Positions 50,091-60,269 are shown, numbered from the stretch's first letter. The stretch is 64,000 nt of DNA from Nitrosopumilus sp. (GCA_965249555.1 OZ252243.1:928001-992000); one strand, 5' to 3'. Program-made: numbers and translations. Notes: generated by a model not told the origin, from the letters alone.

Positions 50091-50849
50091 TTGAAGTCAA
50101 TTTTTATTTCTGGTACAGCTGGTGCAGGAAAATCATTGCTTACATCAAAGTTATACGAATATTATATAAAAAACGGAGCATTTGCAGCTATTTTGAATTT
50201 AGATCCAGGTGTCGAAAGTTTACCATACACTTGTGATATTGATGTAAGAGACTATGTGGATATTGTGTCTATAATGCAACAATATGATCTTGGTCCGAAT
50301 GGTGCTTTAATAATGGCCAATGATTTGATTGCATCAAAAATTGATGATATCCAAAATGAGGTAAATAGAGTAAATCCTGATTATCTAATTGTTGACACAC
50401 CTGGACAAATTGAATTGTTTGCATATCGTTCTAGTGGACCTTTTCTTGTAGAGAATATTTCATCAGAAGAAAAAACAAGTATATTTCTTTTTGATGGTGC
50501 ATTGATCACATCACCAGTAAATTTTGTTTCAATTGCACTTCTTGCAACATCAATAAGACTACGTTTGAAATTATCAACAATTAATGTATTAACAAAAACA
50601 GATCTAATTGGTACTAAACTAAAAGATATACTACGATGGACAACAAGTCTGAGTACGTTAGAAAATGCAATTGCTAAAGAGGCAGATGGGGAAACCTATA
50701 CTTTAACTACAAATATTTTACGAGGTTTGAATCTTGGTGGATTTGCACAAGGATTGATTCCAGTTTCAAATGTTACAGGAGAGGGTTTTGTGAATCTTGA
50801 AGGTGCCCTTAGTAGAATTCTTAACTTGGGTGAAGAGGTAGAAGATTAG
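50091..50849 (+). CDS. GPN-loop GTPase
   Basis: GTAGAGKS, NLDPG, LGPNG, DTPGQIELF. Confidence 0.94.
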   Translation: MKSIFISGTAGAGKSLLTSKLYEYYIKNGAFAAILNLDPGVESLPYTCDIDVRDYVDIVSIMQQYDLGPNGALIMANDLIASKIDDIQNEVNRVNPDYLIVDTPGQIELFAYRSSGPFLVENISSEEKTSIFLFDGALITSPVNFVSIALLATSIRLRLKLSTINVLTKTDLIGTKLKDILRWTTSLSTLENAIAKEADGETYTLTTNILRGLNLGGFAQGLIPVSNVTGEGFVNLEGALSRILNLGEEVED

Positions 50850-51773
50850 TTGGTCTCAAAGATTACCATAAAGGCACCATCATCTACTGCAAACCTAGGT
50901 CCAGGATTTGATGTATTTGGATTAGCAATAGATGCATTTCATGATGAAGTAACATTAACCAAAACAAAAAGTGGAATTACAATAATTACAGATGACAGTA
51001 TTCCAATGAATCCTGAAAATAATACTGCAGGATTGGTTGTAAAAAATATGAAAAGAAAATTCAAAATCAAAGATGGTGTTGAAATTAAAATCAAAAAAGG
51101 AGTTCCTGCAGGATTTGGAATGGGAAGTAGTGCAGCATCAGCGTCAGCAGCTGCTGTAGCATTTGATAAACTCTTTGGACTCAAGCTTGATGGAAACTCA
51201 CTAGTAGAATTTGCAGGTTCAGGAGAAAAAGCTAGTGCAGGCTCGGTTCATTTTGATAATGTTGCTGCTTCTGTTTTGGGAGGGTTTGTGATTGTAAAGA
51301 CAAATCCTTTAGATGTAATTAGAATAGAACCTCCAAAAAATCTTAGAATGTGTATTGCAGTTCCAGATGTTGATGTTCCAGAAAAGAAGACAAAAGTATC
51401 AAGAGGGGTAATTCCAAGGAGAATCAAGTTTACAGATAGTATTTTGAATCTATCAAATGCATCAGCGATTATTGCAGGATTTATGAAAAGAGACCCAGAG
51501 TTGATTGGAAATTCAATTAAAGATGTGATAGTTGAGCCTGCAAGACAACATATGATACCAGGATTTGCTAAAGTCAAGCAAAATGCCCTAAAAGCTGGAG
51601 CATTTGGTGTTACAATAAGCGGAGCAGGACCTTCAGTAATTGCATTTTCAAAAAGTTCTGCTAATTTAAAAAAGATCAGTTTATCTATGTCAAAAGGATT
51701 TTCATCTAGAAAAATAAAATGTAAAATAATAATCTGTAAACCAAGTAAGGGTGCTGCAGATAAGAGAAAATAA
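50850..51773 (+). CDS. thrB: homoserine kinase
   Basis: PSSTANLGPGFD, GFGMGSSAA, HFDNVA, ISGAGPS. Confidence 0.95.
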   Translation: MVSKITIKAPSSTANLGPGFDVFGLAIDAFHDEVTLTKTKSGITIITDDSIPMNPENNTAGLVVKNMKRKFKIKDGVEIKIKKGVPAGFGMGSSAASASAAAVAFDKLFGLKLDGNSLVEFAGSGEKASAGSVHFDNVAASVLGGFVIVKTNPLDVIRIEPPKNLRMCIAVPDVDVPEKKTKVSRGVIPRRIKFTDSILNLSNASAIIAGFMKRDPELIGNSIKDVIVEPARQHMIPGFAKVKQNALKAGAFGVTISGAGPSVIAFSKSSANLKKISLSMSKGFSSRKIKCKIIICKPSKGAADKRK

Positions 51774-51788
51774 TTTTAGTGTGATTTT

Positions 51789-52463
51789 ATGAAAAAAGCA
51801 GTCATTGTATTTAGTGGAGGAATTGACTCTGTTTGTGCAGTTTCATTTTTGAAATCAAAGTATGAGTTGTACGGTATTACGTTTTCATATGGACAAAAGG
51901 CAAATAGTGAAATTTTAGCAGCAAAATCTTTTGCAAAAAAACTTGGATTAAAACAGCATAAAGTAATTGATATTGGTTTTATGAAAGAATTGTATGGTGA
52001 TTCTAATGTTTTAACAAGCACAAAAAGAAAAATTCCAAGTAAATTTGAGTACTCAATTGTAGTTCCAATTAGAAATGCAGTATTTCTATCAGTTGCATCA
52101 GCATGGGCTTTTACACTTAATGCTTCATTGGTTGTATACGGTGCTCATATTGGAGATAAACATTATCCTGATTGCAGACCAACTTTTACAAAAAAACTAG
52201 AAGCTGCATTTAATCAGGGAGAGCTTGATGGAATAAATTCAGGATTACGAAAGAGTATCAAGATTTGGTCACCTTATCGTGAAGGATTATCAAAGAAGGA
52301 TCTGCTAAAAGCAGGAATGAAGGTTTTGGGTAATTCCATCTTTAAGACATGGAGTTGTTATTCAAATAAAAAATATCATTGTGGGGTTTGTGAATCTTGC
52401 AATAACAGAAAAATTGCGTTTCAGAAAGCTGGTATTACAGATATGACAAAATATCTTAAATAA
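51789..52463 (+). CDS. queC: 7-cyano-7-deazaguanine synthase
   Basis: FSGGIDS, YGQK, VPIRN, YPDCR, TWSCY, CGVCESC. Confidence 0.95.
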   Translation: MKKAVIVFSGGIDSVCAVSFLKSKYELYGITFSYGQKANSEILAAKSFAKKLGLKQHKVIDIGFMKELYGDSNVLTSTKRKIPSKFEYSIVVPIRNAVFLSVASAWAFTLNASLVVYGAHIGDKHYPDCRPTFTKKLEAAFNQGELDGINSGLRKSIKIWSPYREGLSKKDLLKAGMKVLGNSIFKTWSCYSNKKYHCGVCESCNNRKIAFQKAGITDMTKYLK

Positions 52464-52465
52464 TT

Positions 52466-52717
52466 CTAGTATCTATTTCTAAGAATTTTCTTTTTTAGAA
52501 TAAAACCTCTAATTCCAATATACCAAACTAAGAAGAACGTTCCAAAAATTCCTGTGATCACATAGTTATGTATGTCTACAGGGAGTTCTCCAAGAGAGTC
52601 AGTAATTTTAACTGCTGCTAGAAAAGAGAGTACAATTAGAAGTACACATTCTGCCGCATACCATATCCAGTGAGGAAATGATTCCTTTGGAATGTGAATA
52701 TTTGGATGTACTACCAT
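52466..52717 (-). CDS. small two-TM hypothetical protein
   Basis: Two hydrophobic segments and a basic C-terminus. Confidence 0.65.
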   Translation of the reverse strand: MVVHPNIHIPKESFPHWIWYAAECVLLIVLSFLAAVKITDSLGELPVDIHNYVITGIFGTFFLVWYIGIRGFILKKKILRNRY

Positions 52718-52758
52718 ATTTGTAATTGAAAAGATAGATTATTTAATTTTTGTATATT

Positions 52759-53316
52759 CTAAAAGTAAGAGTCTGAGGCACGTTTTTTGATAAGTGCCAT
52801 TATGATCGCTTTTTCCTCTTTATTTTCATAAATTCCTCGAAATGCTGATGAAGAAAGCATTGCATTATTTCTAACACCACGCATTTTCATGCAAAGATGT
52901 TCTGCATCAGCAAAAACTACAACGCCCTTAACGCCTTGAGAATATAGTTCATCTGCAATATTCTTAGTTAGTCGTTCCTGAATTTGTAGTCTCTTTGAAT
53001 ATTTTTCAACTAGTCTGACAAGTTTTGAAATTCCAAAAACTTTGCCATTTGGTGAGTAAGCAATGTGAATTTTTCCAAAAAATGGCAACATATGGTGCTC
53101 ACACATTGAATAAAATTGAATATCACGTGCAATAACTACATCAGAATCTTCTGAGAATTGCACAGCTAATTCTGAATCAGAATCATACCCTCCAAAGATT
53201 TCTTTGTACATATTTGCAATTCTTTCAGGAGTCTCTCGTAATCCCTCACGAGTAGGATCCTCCCCAACTTCAATGATTAATTCTCTTACGAGTTTTTTTA
53301 TACGTTCTTTGTCCAT
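52759..53316 (-). CDS. folE: GTP cyclohydrolase I
   Basis: [35 protein letters not shown]. Confidence 0.96.
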   Translation of the reverse strand: MDKERIKKLVRELIIEVGEDPTREGLRETPERIANMYKEIFGGYDSDSELAVQFSEDSDVVIARDIQFYSMCEHHMLPFFGKIHIAYSPNGKVFGISKLVRLVEKYSKRLQIQERLTKNIADELYSQGVKGVVVFADAEHLCMKMRGVRNNAMLSSSAFRGIYENKEEKAIIMALIKKRASDSYF

Positions 53317-53380
53317 TTGATATTTTCACAGAATTTTTCTAGTATTTGAACCTAATCAGATTTTTAGGCAGATAGTAGTG

Positions 53381-54094
53381 TTATGGGGCTCCAATGAATT
53401 TGTGTAACTGAGGAACTACCTTGACATCAATATAGTGCGGATATACTATATCATACAAATTCAATAAAAGATCCAATGATGGTTCAGAAATACCATAAGT
53501 AGGCTGAATAATAAATCCATCAATATCATCTTTAGAAATAATATTAAAAATTTGATTTGTTAATTCTTCAAAATCATTTAACTGAGTTTTTGAGCTAACT
53601 ACAATTTTGATGTAAGTTGTTTTCTTTGCATTTACAGATGACTCAAGACATTTCATTGCATGAACTATTAATTTTTCATAGTGTTTAGAATCTACAAAAT
53701 CAGAATCTTTTGTTTTAAATTCAATTTTGATAATATCAAAAAAGGGTAAAACATGATTAAATCTATCAATATCAAAACATGATGATTCAAGATACGTAGG
53801 AATTTTTTTATCTTGAATATGCTTTGCAAGTAATGCTACGGCTTCGTGCTGAATCAATGGATCGCCTCCTGTAAAATTTACTTTGTAAGTTTGGTTTTTG
53901 AGATTAGAATCAATTAGTTGGGTTGCATCTTCAATTGTATATTCTGTGCCAGAATCAAGGGGAAGAGATTCTATGGTATCACAATAAAAACAAGTGAAAG
54001 GACATCCTGCAAGTCTAACAAAAAGGGTCTTTGTTCCATAAAGAATACCCTCACCTTCAACTGATGTAAATATCTCAAATAGTCTTACTTTCAA
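53381..54094 (-). CDS. queE: 7-carboxy-7-deazaguanine synthase (radical SAM)
   Basis: EIFTSVEGEG, FVRLAGCPFTCFYCDT, TGGDP, PQLHK. Confidence 0.94.
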   Translation of the reverse strand: MKVRLFEIFTSVEGEGILYGTKTLFVRLAGCPFTCFYCDTIESLPLDSGTEYTIEDATQLIDSNLKNQTYKVNFTGGDPLIQHEAVALLAKHIQDKKIPTYLESSCFDIDRFNHVLPFFDIIKIEFKTKDSDFVDSKHYEKLIVHAMKCLESSVNAKKTTYIKIVVSSKTQLNDFEELTNQIFNIISKDDIDGFIIQPTYGISEPSLDLLLNLYDIVYPHYIDVKVVPQLHKFIGAP

Positions 54095-54135
54095 TAAATA
54101 ATAGTAGTTTTTTTCATTATTTATTCAATGAGTTT

Positions 54136-54336
54136 CTAATGCATCGAAGGTTCTTTTGAATAGAATAATCCAGAAATAAAGAATACTACTCCTAGGATTC
54201 CAATAGTGCTTCCAACAAGTTCTATTTGATTTTGAAAATATTCTTCCATTGGAGCCCATAACCATGCCATCAAAGCACCAACTACAATCATTGGAATTCC
54301 TACCCCAACTATAATTGCTTTAGATGCCATGCTCAA
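54136..54336 (-). CDS. small two-TM hypothetical protein
   Basis: Two hydrophobic helices. Confidence 0.65.
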   Translation of the reverse strand: MSMASKAIIVGVGIPMIVVGALMAWLWAPMEEYFQNQIELVGSTIGILGVVFFISGLFYSKEPSMH

Positions 54337-54375
54337 TTCTGTTTAGAAAATATATATGAAGTTTATGATAATCTA

Positions 54376-55383
54376 TCAAAGAGAATTTTTAATTTCTTGT
54401 AATTGTTCTGCCAAATTTCTTAGAAGATCGTTGGCTGCATCAAACTCACCTTCATACAAATGCTGTTTAATACTTTCAAGTGTACCTAGAGCATCATCTA
54501 AATCATCTTGATCTACTCCATCTTCTTGAGATAGTCCAGATAGAGTTTTTTCAACTTGTAAAACTCTAGATTCGAGTCCATCATTTTCTGTTAATTCAAA
54601 CTGATCCTTAATTGACATAATTTTCCTAATTTCCTTGATAATTTCTCTTGGATTATCTGCAGAAGAAAGATTTTCTTTGGCTGTTTCTAGTTTTTCTATA
54701 ATCTCATCTGCAACACCCTGTTTTTTGGCATTTTCTATTAATCGATCAAGTTGTTCTAGATATTTCTGAGCATATTCTTCAGCACGTTGAGATTCATGTC
54801 TTGATGCTTCTTCATGAAGTTCTCTTTTTACTTCCTCTATAGTTTCTTTAATTTCATAAAGGGTTTCTAATGCTAAAGCAAATTGATGATCACTGATCTG
54901 TTGTCTTGCTTTAGCAAACAATTCATCGAGTTCAGAAAAATCAATTAAAGCATTATGTTTTTCAGCAATTGTTTTTAGACTGTCAACATATCCTTGCAAT
55001 CTTTGAAGAAGATTTGATGGATCTTTAACATCACTTCTTACAGAATCTGTTTCTGTTTGAGGTATAGTATCAGATGTTACTAATTGCCTAGAAATTTCTG
55101 TGAAAATTTTCATAGCGGAAAGAAAATGTTCCTCTGCAGAACCAGTATTATCACTTCTTAATGCTATTTCTAATGCATTGACCTCTTGTGTTCCCTCTTC
55201 AAATAATCTCTTTACTTTATCTGATGAATCAGCAGAGATCTGATTATGAATTTGTTCTTGTGCACGTTTTGCAATCTTTAGAAGACTTGTAGTATCATCT
55301 TGAGCAGAAACGTTACTTGTCATGCCTCCAAGAGCCATACTTGCAACTAAAATCAACAGACCAAAAGATGTTATATTTTTCAT
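54376..55383 (-). CDS. secreted all-helical hypothetical protein
   Basis: Signal peptide (VSAQ) and repeated amphipathic helices; start overlaps the upstream stop. Confidence 0.8.
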   Translation of the reverse strand: MKNITSFGLLILVASMALGGMTSNVSAQDDTTSLLKIAKRAQEQIHNQISADSSDKVKRLFEEGTQEVNALEIALRSDNTGSAEEHFLSAMKIFTEISRQLVTSDTIPQTETDSVRSDVKDPSNLLQRLQGYVDSLKTIAEKHNALIDFSELDELFAKARQQISDHQFALALETLYEIKETIEEVKRELHEEASRHESQRAEEYAQKYLEQLDRLIENAKKQGVADEIIEKLETAKENLSSADNPREIIKEIRKIMSIKDQFELTENDGLESRVLQVEKTLSGLSQEDGVDQDDLDDALGTLESIKQHLYEGEFDAANDLLRNLAEQLQEIKNSL

Positions 55384-56399
55384 TCTTCTTCCTCCATTTC
55401 TTTCTTCAATTTTACTAGATTTTGCAAGTCTTTTTTGGTAATTTCAATGATTCCTTGTCTTTCTAATCGTTTTACTGCTCTCCACATAGTAGTTCTGGGT
55501 TGAAGGAATTTTTTTCTTAATTCACTTTCCAAAGCTTGTCCTCCATTTTCAGAAATAAATTTGATAATTTCTTTGTCATCCTCACGTAATAAAGGTCTGA
55601 GATTGAAAATGGTTTCAGTATCAAGAGAGTCTGTATTTATTTTAGATTTAGAAATAACTTCAGTTTGTAAGACAGGTGAAAGTTTTGTTTGTTTTCTTTT
55701 AATTATAATTATTACTCCAGCTATAGCTGCTGCAATAGTAGCTCCAATTAGAGCTAATGTAGAAATATCCATAGTTGGTTGTACAGGATTTACAATCGGT
55801 GGATTTGTAGTACCAAAAATATAATTAATTTCGGATAAACCATTACTCAGCTCTAGTTTTGTTTGATCATTTACTAGATCCATATTTGATGGAGGTACAC
55901 TCATACCAACAATAATGGAATTTGATGGCATCAATAATGAATAATCAGTTGGTGAATCAAGAGAAAAAGTCCAAATTCTTCCTTCTTTTGAAATTAAGTC
56001 ATGAATATCATAATCAATTGTAATAGCAGAGGAACCAAAGGTGTCTATCATTACTTTATCACCAATTATTTCACTAGATAGCAAAAAACCATTTTCACCA
56101 ACTGCTACAAAGTTGTCAATAGATGAACCAAACAGGTTAACTTCAAAATCAGGCTCTAAAGGATCTACATCTACCTGAGTAAAGATATGTGCTGATCCAT
56201 CTGAATAAAGAGTAAGATCAAGAGTTCGAGTAGAGCTGAATGAGGACTGTATTGGTATCGTTAGTGCAACAACAATTAAGCCAGCAATTATCAAAGGTGT
56301 CTTAACCATTGTTTCGAGGATACCATCAGTCCTTACAAAAATCATTCCATCTTCTCGAAAAGACTCTATTCTATGTATTGGTACGATTTTGGGATTCAT
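55380..56399 (-). CDS. membrane-anchored protein with cytoplasmic winged-helix domain
   Basis: Exported beta domain, TM helix, then DDKEIIKFISENGGQALESELRKKF..RTTMWRAVKRLERQG. Confidence 0.85.
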   Translation of the reverse strand: MNPKIVPIHRIESFREDGMIFVRTDGILETMVKTPLIIAGLIVVALTIPIQSSFSSTRTLDLTLYSDGSAHIFTQVDVDPLEPDFEVNLFGSSIDNFVAVGENGFLLSSEIIGDKVMIDTFGSSAITIDYDIHDLISKEGRIWTFSLDSPTDYSLLMPSNSIIVGMSVPPSNMDLVNDQTKLELSNGLSEINYIFGTTNPPIVNPVQPTMDISTLALIGATIAAAIAGVIIIIKRKQTKLSPVLQTEVISKSKINTDSLDTETIFNLRPLLREDDKEIIKFISENGGQALESELRKKFLQPRTTMWRAVKRLERQGIIEITKKDLQNLVKLKKEMEEEE

Positions 56400-56403
56400 G
56401 GGT

Positions 56404-56691
56404 TTAATACCTTAGATTCATGCTTTCTACGAGTCCCTGGAATCTTTTGAATTCCTGGAAGAACTGAAGTCCTTTTTCAGTAATCAGAAAGATTCTATTC
56501 CTGTCATTTTTGACGGATTCGACCAAGCCTGCTTCTACCAGTTTCTCACATTTGTCTAATACTGCATAGTGAGATAGGTTGGCTTTGCGAGAGATCGTAG
56601 ATATAATGACTCCATCACGACCGCCATCAGCGGTAACGTATAAGATATCACCCATTATGCCCATTTCGGACCTGTATTGTTGTTTTGACAT
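56404..56691 (-). CDS. winged helix-turn-helix transcription regulator
   Basis: YRSEMGI..DIL, ISRKANLSH, LVEAGLV, ITEKG. Confidence 0.88.
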   Translation of the reverse strand: MSKQQYRSEMGIMGDILYVTADGGRDGVIISTISRKANLSHYAVLDKCEKLVEAGLVESVKNDRNRIFLITEKGLQFFQEFKRFQGLVESMNLRY

Positions 56692-56738
56692 GTCTTAGTA
56701 TACAACTAATTGGTTTATGAGGGACATCTTGAAACAGT

Positions 56739-56760
56739 AAAGCGGAACGCAAAGCGGAAC
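56739..56760. promoter_or_regulatory. tandem direct repeat AAAGCGGAAC x2 upstream of the wHTH operon
   Basis: Exact 10-bp repeat at 56739 and 56751 (12-bp period), 48-69 bp upstream of the ATG at 56691. Confidence 0.4.
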
Positions 56761-56869
56761 AGGTTTTTCAGCTAGAAAAATGATGGAATTTTACAGAAAA
56801 TGATATACAGAGAAGGTTATCCTTTGAAGGTCAACCATCAAGTTGGGCATATGTAAATTACCAAGCATA

Positions 56870-57171
56870 TCATTCAGGGATAGGTCATCTTTGATGGTAA
56901 AGCGTATAAGGTTGGAGAAAATTTATGGAAAATTTCTACAAATGATGTAATGGACAAAACAGTCTCAGATGAGAGTTTCAGTTACAGAGTCGTATTTTCT
57001 GGAAAAGCTGTAGAAATAGATGAGGAGAATGTAATTGCCATTTCCTTTATGAATTATAGTCTAAAAAATCCAGAGATGGGGCAAAATATGAAATTTCTTC
57101 AGGTTGGAGAATTGACCATAAAATCAGAAAAATCAATTAACTCGAACCAAGAATTCAGAAATTCGATATAG
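56870..57171 (+). pseudogene. gene remnant (ORF 56950..57171 plus interrupted upstream frame)
   Basis: The frame extends upstream (VIFDGKAYKVGENLWKISTND) to an in-frame TAG at about 56881; no convincing start. Confidence 0.45.
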
Positions 57172-57278
57172 GTGAGATAATCACCATTTTTTTCTTTAAT
57201 TGACTAAAAATCATTCACAAGGTCAGCTTTGAGATTCATAGTAACTTTTTATTCCCAGATTGAAAAGAGAATCATAAA

Positions 57279-57746
57279 ATGTTTGATAAATTTAGAGAAG
57301 GTGAAGGAGAGATGGTAGAAGAAAGGAAAGGAGAGAACACCAATGCTGAAGAATCTACTTCAACTGTAGAGTCTGGAAGTGAGATTGGAATTGGAGAATT
57401 AATAGGAAAACGTGCAAAATTAGAAGAGGCAATAGATTATGTTGGTTTAATGATTAAGAATCTAAGAGATAAGAGAACTTTACTTGAAAAAGACATTGAA
57501 GAAGAATCAGTAGATATTAAGAATCTCAAAGAAAAACTACAGAAAGTTAGCGAATACATAGAAGAGGAAAATAGAGGAATTAGGGATCTTTCAATTAAGA
57601 GAAAACAAGTAGAAGATGAAGCCGATGAAGTAGGAACAATCATCAATACATTAAGAGATAGACTATCAGGAATTGATAGAATAATTGGTGATGAAGGTAG
57701 TAGAGTTAAGAGAATTAAAGAATCTAGAGATTCTCTAGAAGAATAA
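57279..57746 (+). CDS. coiled-coil hypothetical protein
   Basis: Heptad-rich E/K/R sequence, convergent with the CdvB paralog. Confidence 0.8.
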   Translation: MFDKFREGEGEMVEERKGENTNAEESTSTVESGSEIGIGELIGKRAKLEEAIDYVGLMIKNLRDKRTLLEKDIEEESVDIKNLKEKLQKVSEYIEEENRGIRDLSIKRKQVEDEADEVGTIINTLRDRLSGIDRIIGDEGSRVKRIKESRDSLEE

Positions 57747-57757
57747 AAATTTTAGAA

Positions 57758-58399
57758 TTAGAGGAATTTAGCAGTAGTTGTTTCTTGAGTTTCTGTTGGA
57801 ACTGAAGGGAACATTTGACCGGCAGAAGTCTCTGCAACAGCAGCAGCTTCTTTGAGAATACTTTCAGATTCTGCGTTAGTAGTTTCATCAACTCCAAATG
57901 CTGTATCTCCTGAGAAACTTTCTGTCATAAAGCCTCCAAGCATTTCTGCCATTTGACCAATTTCTTGCTCAGCCCCTGGCATTATTTTTCCAAGAGATGA
58001 TTTTAGATTCTTCATCAAACCCATTGTTGGCATGATTGCTACTACAGTATCTCCAAGATCACTGCAGGTAGTTAAGCGTAATTCAATTTGTTCTAATGCT
58101 ATTCTAGCACTACTCAAAATTTTGGTAACTTTTCTTACTTCGGCTAACTCATTACCAAGAACCTTGCTGGTTTGAATATCATGTTTTTGTGTTGCCTCTA
58201 CAATTCTTTGAAATAATTTTGTATCACGTTCTTGTAAGTTTGTTAGCATTGAATCTAATTTTTGAATTTGTAATTGTAATTTTTTAATTCCATCTTGAAC
58301 TCTGGGTTTTAGTGGGCCTTTAGGCTTGAGTGTATCATTAATTTTTTCAGTAATACCGGGTTGTGACTGTTTTGACCATTTACTAGACAAATTAGGCAT
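57758..58399 (-). CDS. cdvB: ESCRT-III / Snf7 family CdvB paralog
   Basis: Clearly paralogous to 36073..36723 (KP.GPLKPR, LGNELAEVRK, LEQIELRLTT..DLGD); ATG at 58399. Confidence 0.88.
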   Translation of the reverse strand: MPNLSSKWSKQSQPGITEKINDTLKPKGPLKPRVQDGIKKLQLQIQKLDSMLTNLQERDTKLFQRIVEATQKHDIQTSKVLGNELAEVRKVTKILSSARIALEQIELRLTTCSDLGDTVVAIMPTMGLMKNLKSSLGKIMPGAEQEIGQMAEMLGGFMTESFSGDTAFGVDETTNAESESILKEAAAVAETSAGQMFPSVPTETQETTTAKFL

Positions 58400-58569
58400 A
58401 AGTTTGATTTTAAAATATGTACTTAATTTCAAGGGTGAATATTGGTTTACAGTAGATAAAATTTTGCTAACAAAAATTAAACATTAGTGGTTTTCTGAGG
58501 CTAGATTATGCAATATGTTCCCATTAATTTAGAAATTTATTTTTATAATGGAATTTAGAGTGTGTTTCA

Positions 58570-59001
58570 GTGAATAAAAAAATTGTAATAATTCCCATGC
58601 TTATGATAATTATAATTTTTGTAGCAATTTTTTCATTAGATCCATCTGAAAAAAATGATAATGTAATATTTCATGTAACTCTTGCAGATCCTGACCTGTA
58701 CAATAATGGAATCTATACTGATGTATTTACTATTGATAAAGGAGAATATTCTTTTAGATTTGTTCCAAATGGGAGTAGTCCAGAGATCTTATCAATAACA
58801 TTAAATGGAGAAAATTTTGATTTTTCTGAAGATTTTATGCTTGAAAGTACATCACACCAAACTGGAACCTCTGAATATTTTACGTGGAAATATGAGGAGC
58901 AAGAAATTATTTGGATTACTGAGATGCAAGAAATTTCAATAATTATCAATCCAAATGGAAATGTAATGGGTTCAGTATCTGTGGATATTTTAGAAAAATA
59001 A
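58570..59001 (+). CDS. membrane-anchored hypothetical protein
   Basis: N-terminal TM followed by a beta-rich domain. Confidence 0.7.
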   Translation: MNKKIVIIPMLMIIIIFVAIFSLDPSEKNDNVIFHVTLADPDLYNNGIYTDVFTIDKGEYSFRFVPNGSSPEILSITLNGENFDFSEDFMLESTSHQTGTSEYFTWKYEEQEIIWITEMQEISIIINPNGNVMGSVSVDILEK

Positions 59002-59004
59002 AAG

Positions 59005-59099
59005 GCGTATGCCCCTTTACTGCAGAACTTTGAGAGATTTCCTCTCGTGGTCAGTACGTTATAACGTCTGATTGCCTTTTTCGTTCTGCGGGGCTACGC
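59005..59099. ncRNA. candidate structured RNA (multibranch)
   Basis: Nested pairings GCGTA/TACGC, GCCCC/GGGGC and GCAGAAC/GTTCTGC enclose hairpins GAGAG/CTCTC and TCAG-ACGT/ACGT-CTGA. GC-rich within AT-rich intergenic DNA. Confidence 0.55.
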
Positions 59100-59268
59100 A
59101 GTTTTAGTCGATAGGAATTATATCCTTCGGCATCATATAATATAGTAACTTTAACTATTTAACATTTCATATAATAAATTATAAGATTTTATGATATTTT
59201 ATAAAATATTTTGTGCCTATTTAGAGATATAGTTGATCTATAAATTACGAATTTTTGTGTAAAAAATA

Positions 59269-60012
59269 TTGAGATTATCTGGAAAAATTGCATTAGTAAC
59301 TGGTGGAAGTCGTGGAATAGGATTTGCTACAGCAAAAATTTTATCAGAAAATGGAGCAACGGTGGTAATAACAGCAAAGGACCAGGATAGATTAGAAAAA
59401 TCTGTATTAGAGATTCCAAATGCAGTTGGTATTACAGCTGACATTAGAAAAAGAAATGATGTAAAAAGTGTTGTAAATAAAACGATTGAAAAATTTAGTA
59501 GATTAGATATTCTTGTAAATAATGCCGGAATTTTTCCAAAGATCAAACTATTACACGAGATTGATGAAGATGAGTGGAATGAAGTTTTAGATGTGAATCT
59601 TACAGGACAATTTAGATTTACTAAAGAAGCAATTCCTCATTTGAAAAAATCAGGTGGTTCAATAATTAACATTTCATCAGACGCAGGATTAAAAGCATAT
59701 CAAGGATTTAATGCTGATGCATATTCTGCTTCAAAAGCTGCTTTAATTTTGCTAACAAAATGTTGGGCACTTGAATATGCTAAATATAAGATTAGAGTTA
59801 ACTGTATTTGTCCGGGAGTAGTAGATACAGATATGACAAAGCCATTTATGAAAACTCAGAAAGATAGAGAATTCATGGATAGTGAACATCCAATAGGTAG
59901 AATTGGTCAACCTGAAGAAGTAGCAAAAGCAGTAATGTATTTTGTATCAGATGATGCATCTTGGACTACTGGTGCAATACTTGCAGTAGATGGAGGAGAA
60001 TCAATTAAATGA
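59269..60012 (+). CDS. short-chain dehydrogenase/reductase (FabG-like)
   Basis: TGGSRGIG, NNAG, YSASK, VDGG. Confidence 0.93.
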   Translation: MRLSGKIALVTGGSRGIGFATAKILSENGATVVITAKDQDRLEKSVLEIPNAVGITADIRKRNDVKSVVNKTIEKFSRLDILVNNAGIFPKIKLLHEIDEDEWNEVLDVNLTGQFRFTKEAIPHLKKSGGSIINISSDAGLKAYQGFNADAYSASKAALILLTKCWALEYAKYKIRVNCICPGVVDTDMTKPFMKTQKDREFMDSEHPIGRIGQPEEVAKAVMYFVSDDASWTTGAILAVDGGESIK

Positions 60013-60049
60013 ATTCACATGAATTTAATACAACTGTTGAGGGCAAAAT

Positions 60050-60259
60050 ATGATGAAAGATAGAAAGGCAAAAGCTAAGTTGATTATTCTTTTAGGAGTT
60101 ATTTGGGTAATCATTACATTACCACTACCATGGATAGTAAACAACCCACTAGTTTCAGAATCACAGTTTAACACCATACTTGCCATTATAGGAGTAATGT
60201 CAATTCCATTTATTGTTCTAGGAGTTGTGTGGACATTAAAGCCAGAACTTACAACTTAG
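60050..60259 (+). CDS. small two-TM hypothetical protein
   Basis: Two hydrophobic helices. Confidence 0.7.
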   Translation: MMKDRKAKAKLIILLGVIWVIITLPLPWIVNNPLVSESQFNTILAIIGVMSIPFIVLGVVWTLKPELTT

Positions 60260-60269
60260 GTAGTTTTAG

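Noticed and set aside
59005-59099. Hammerhead ribozyme or cobalamin riboswitch reading of the structured element
   Set aside because: The CUGANGA/GAAA core and B12-box consensus are not present in the required arrangement.
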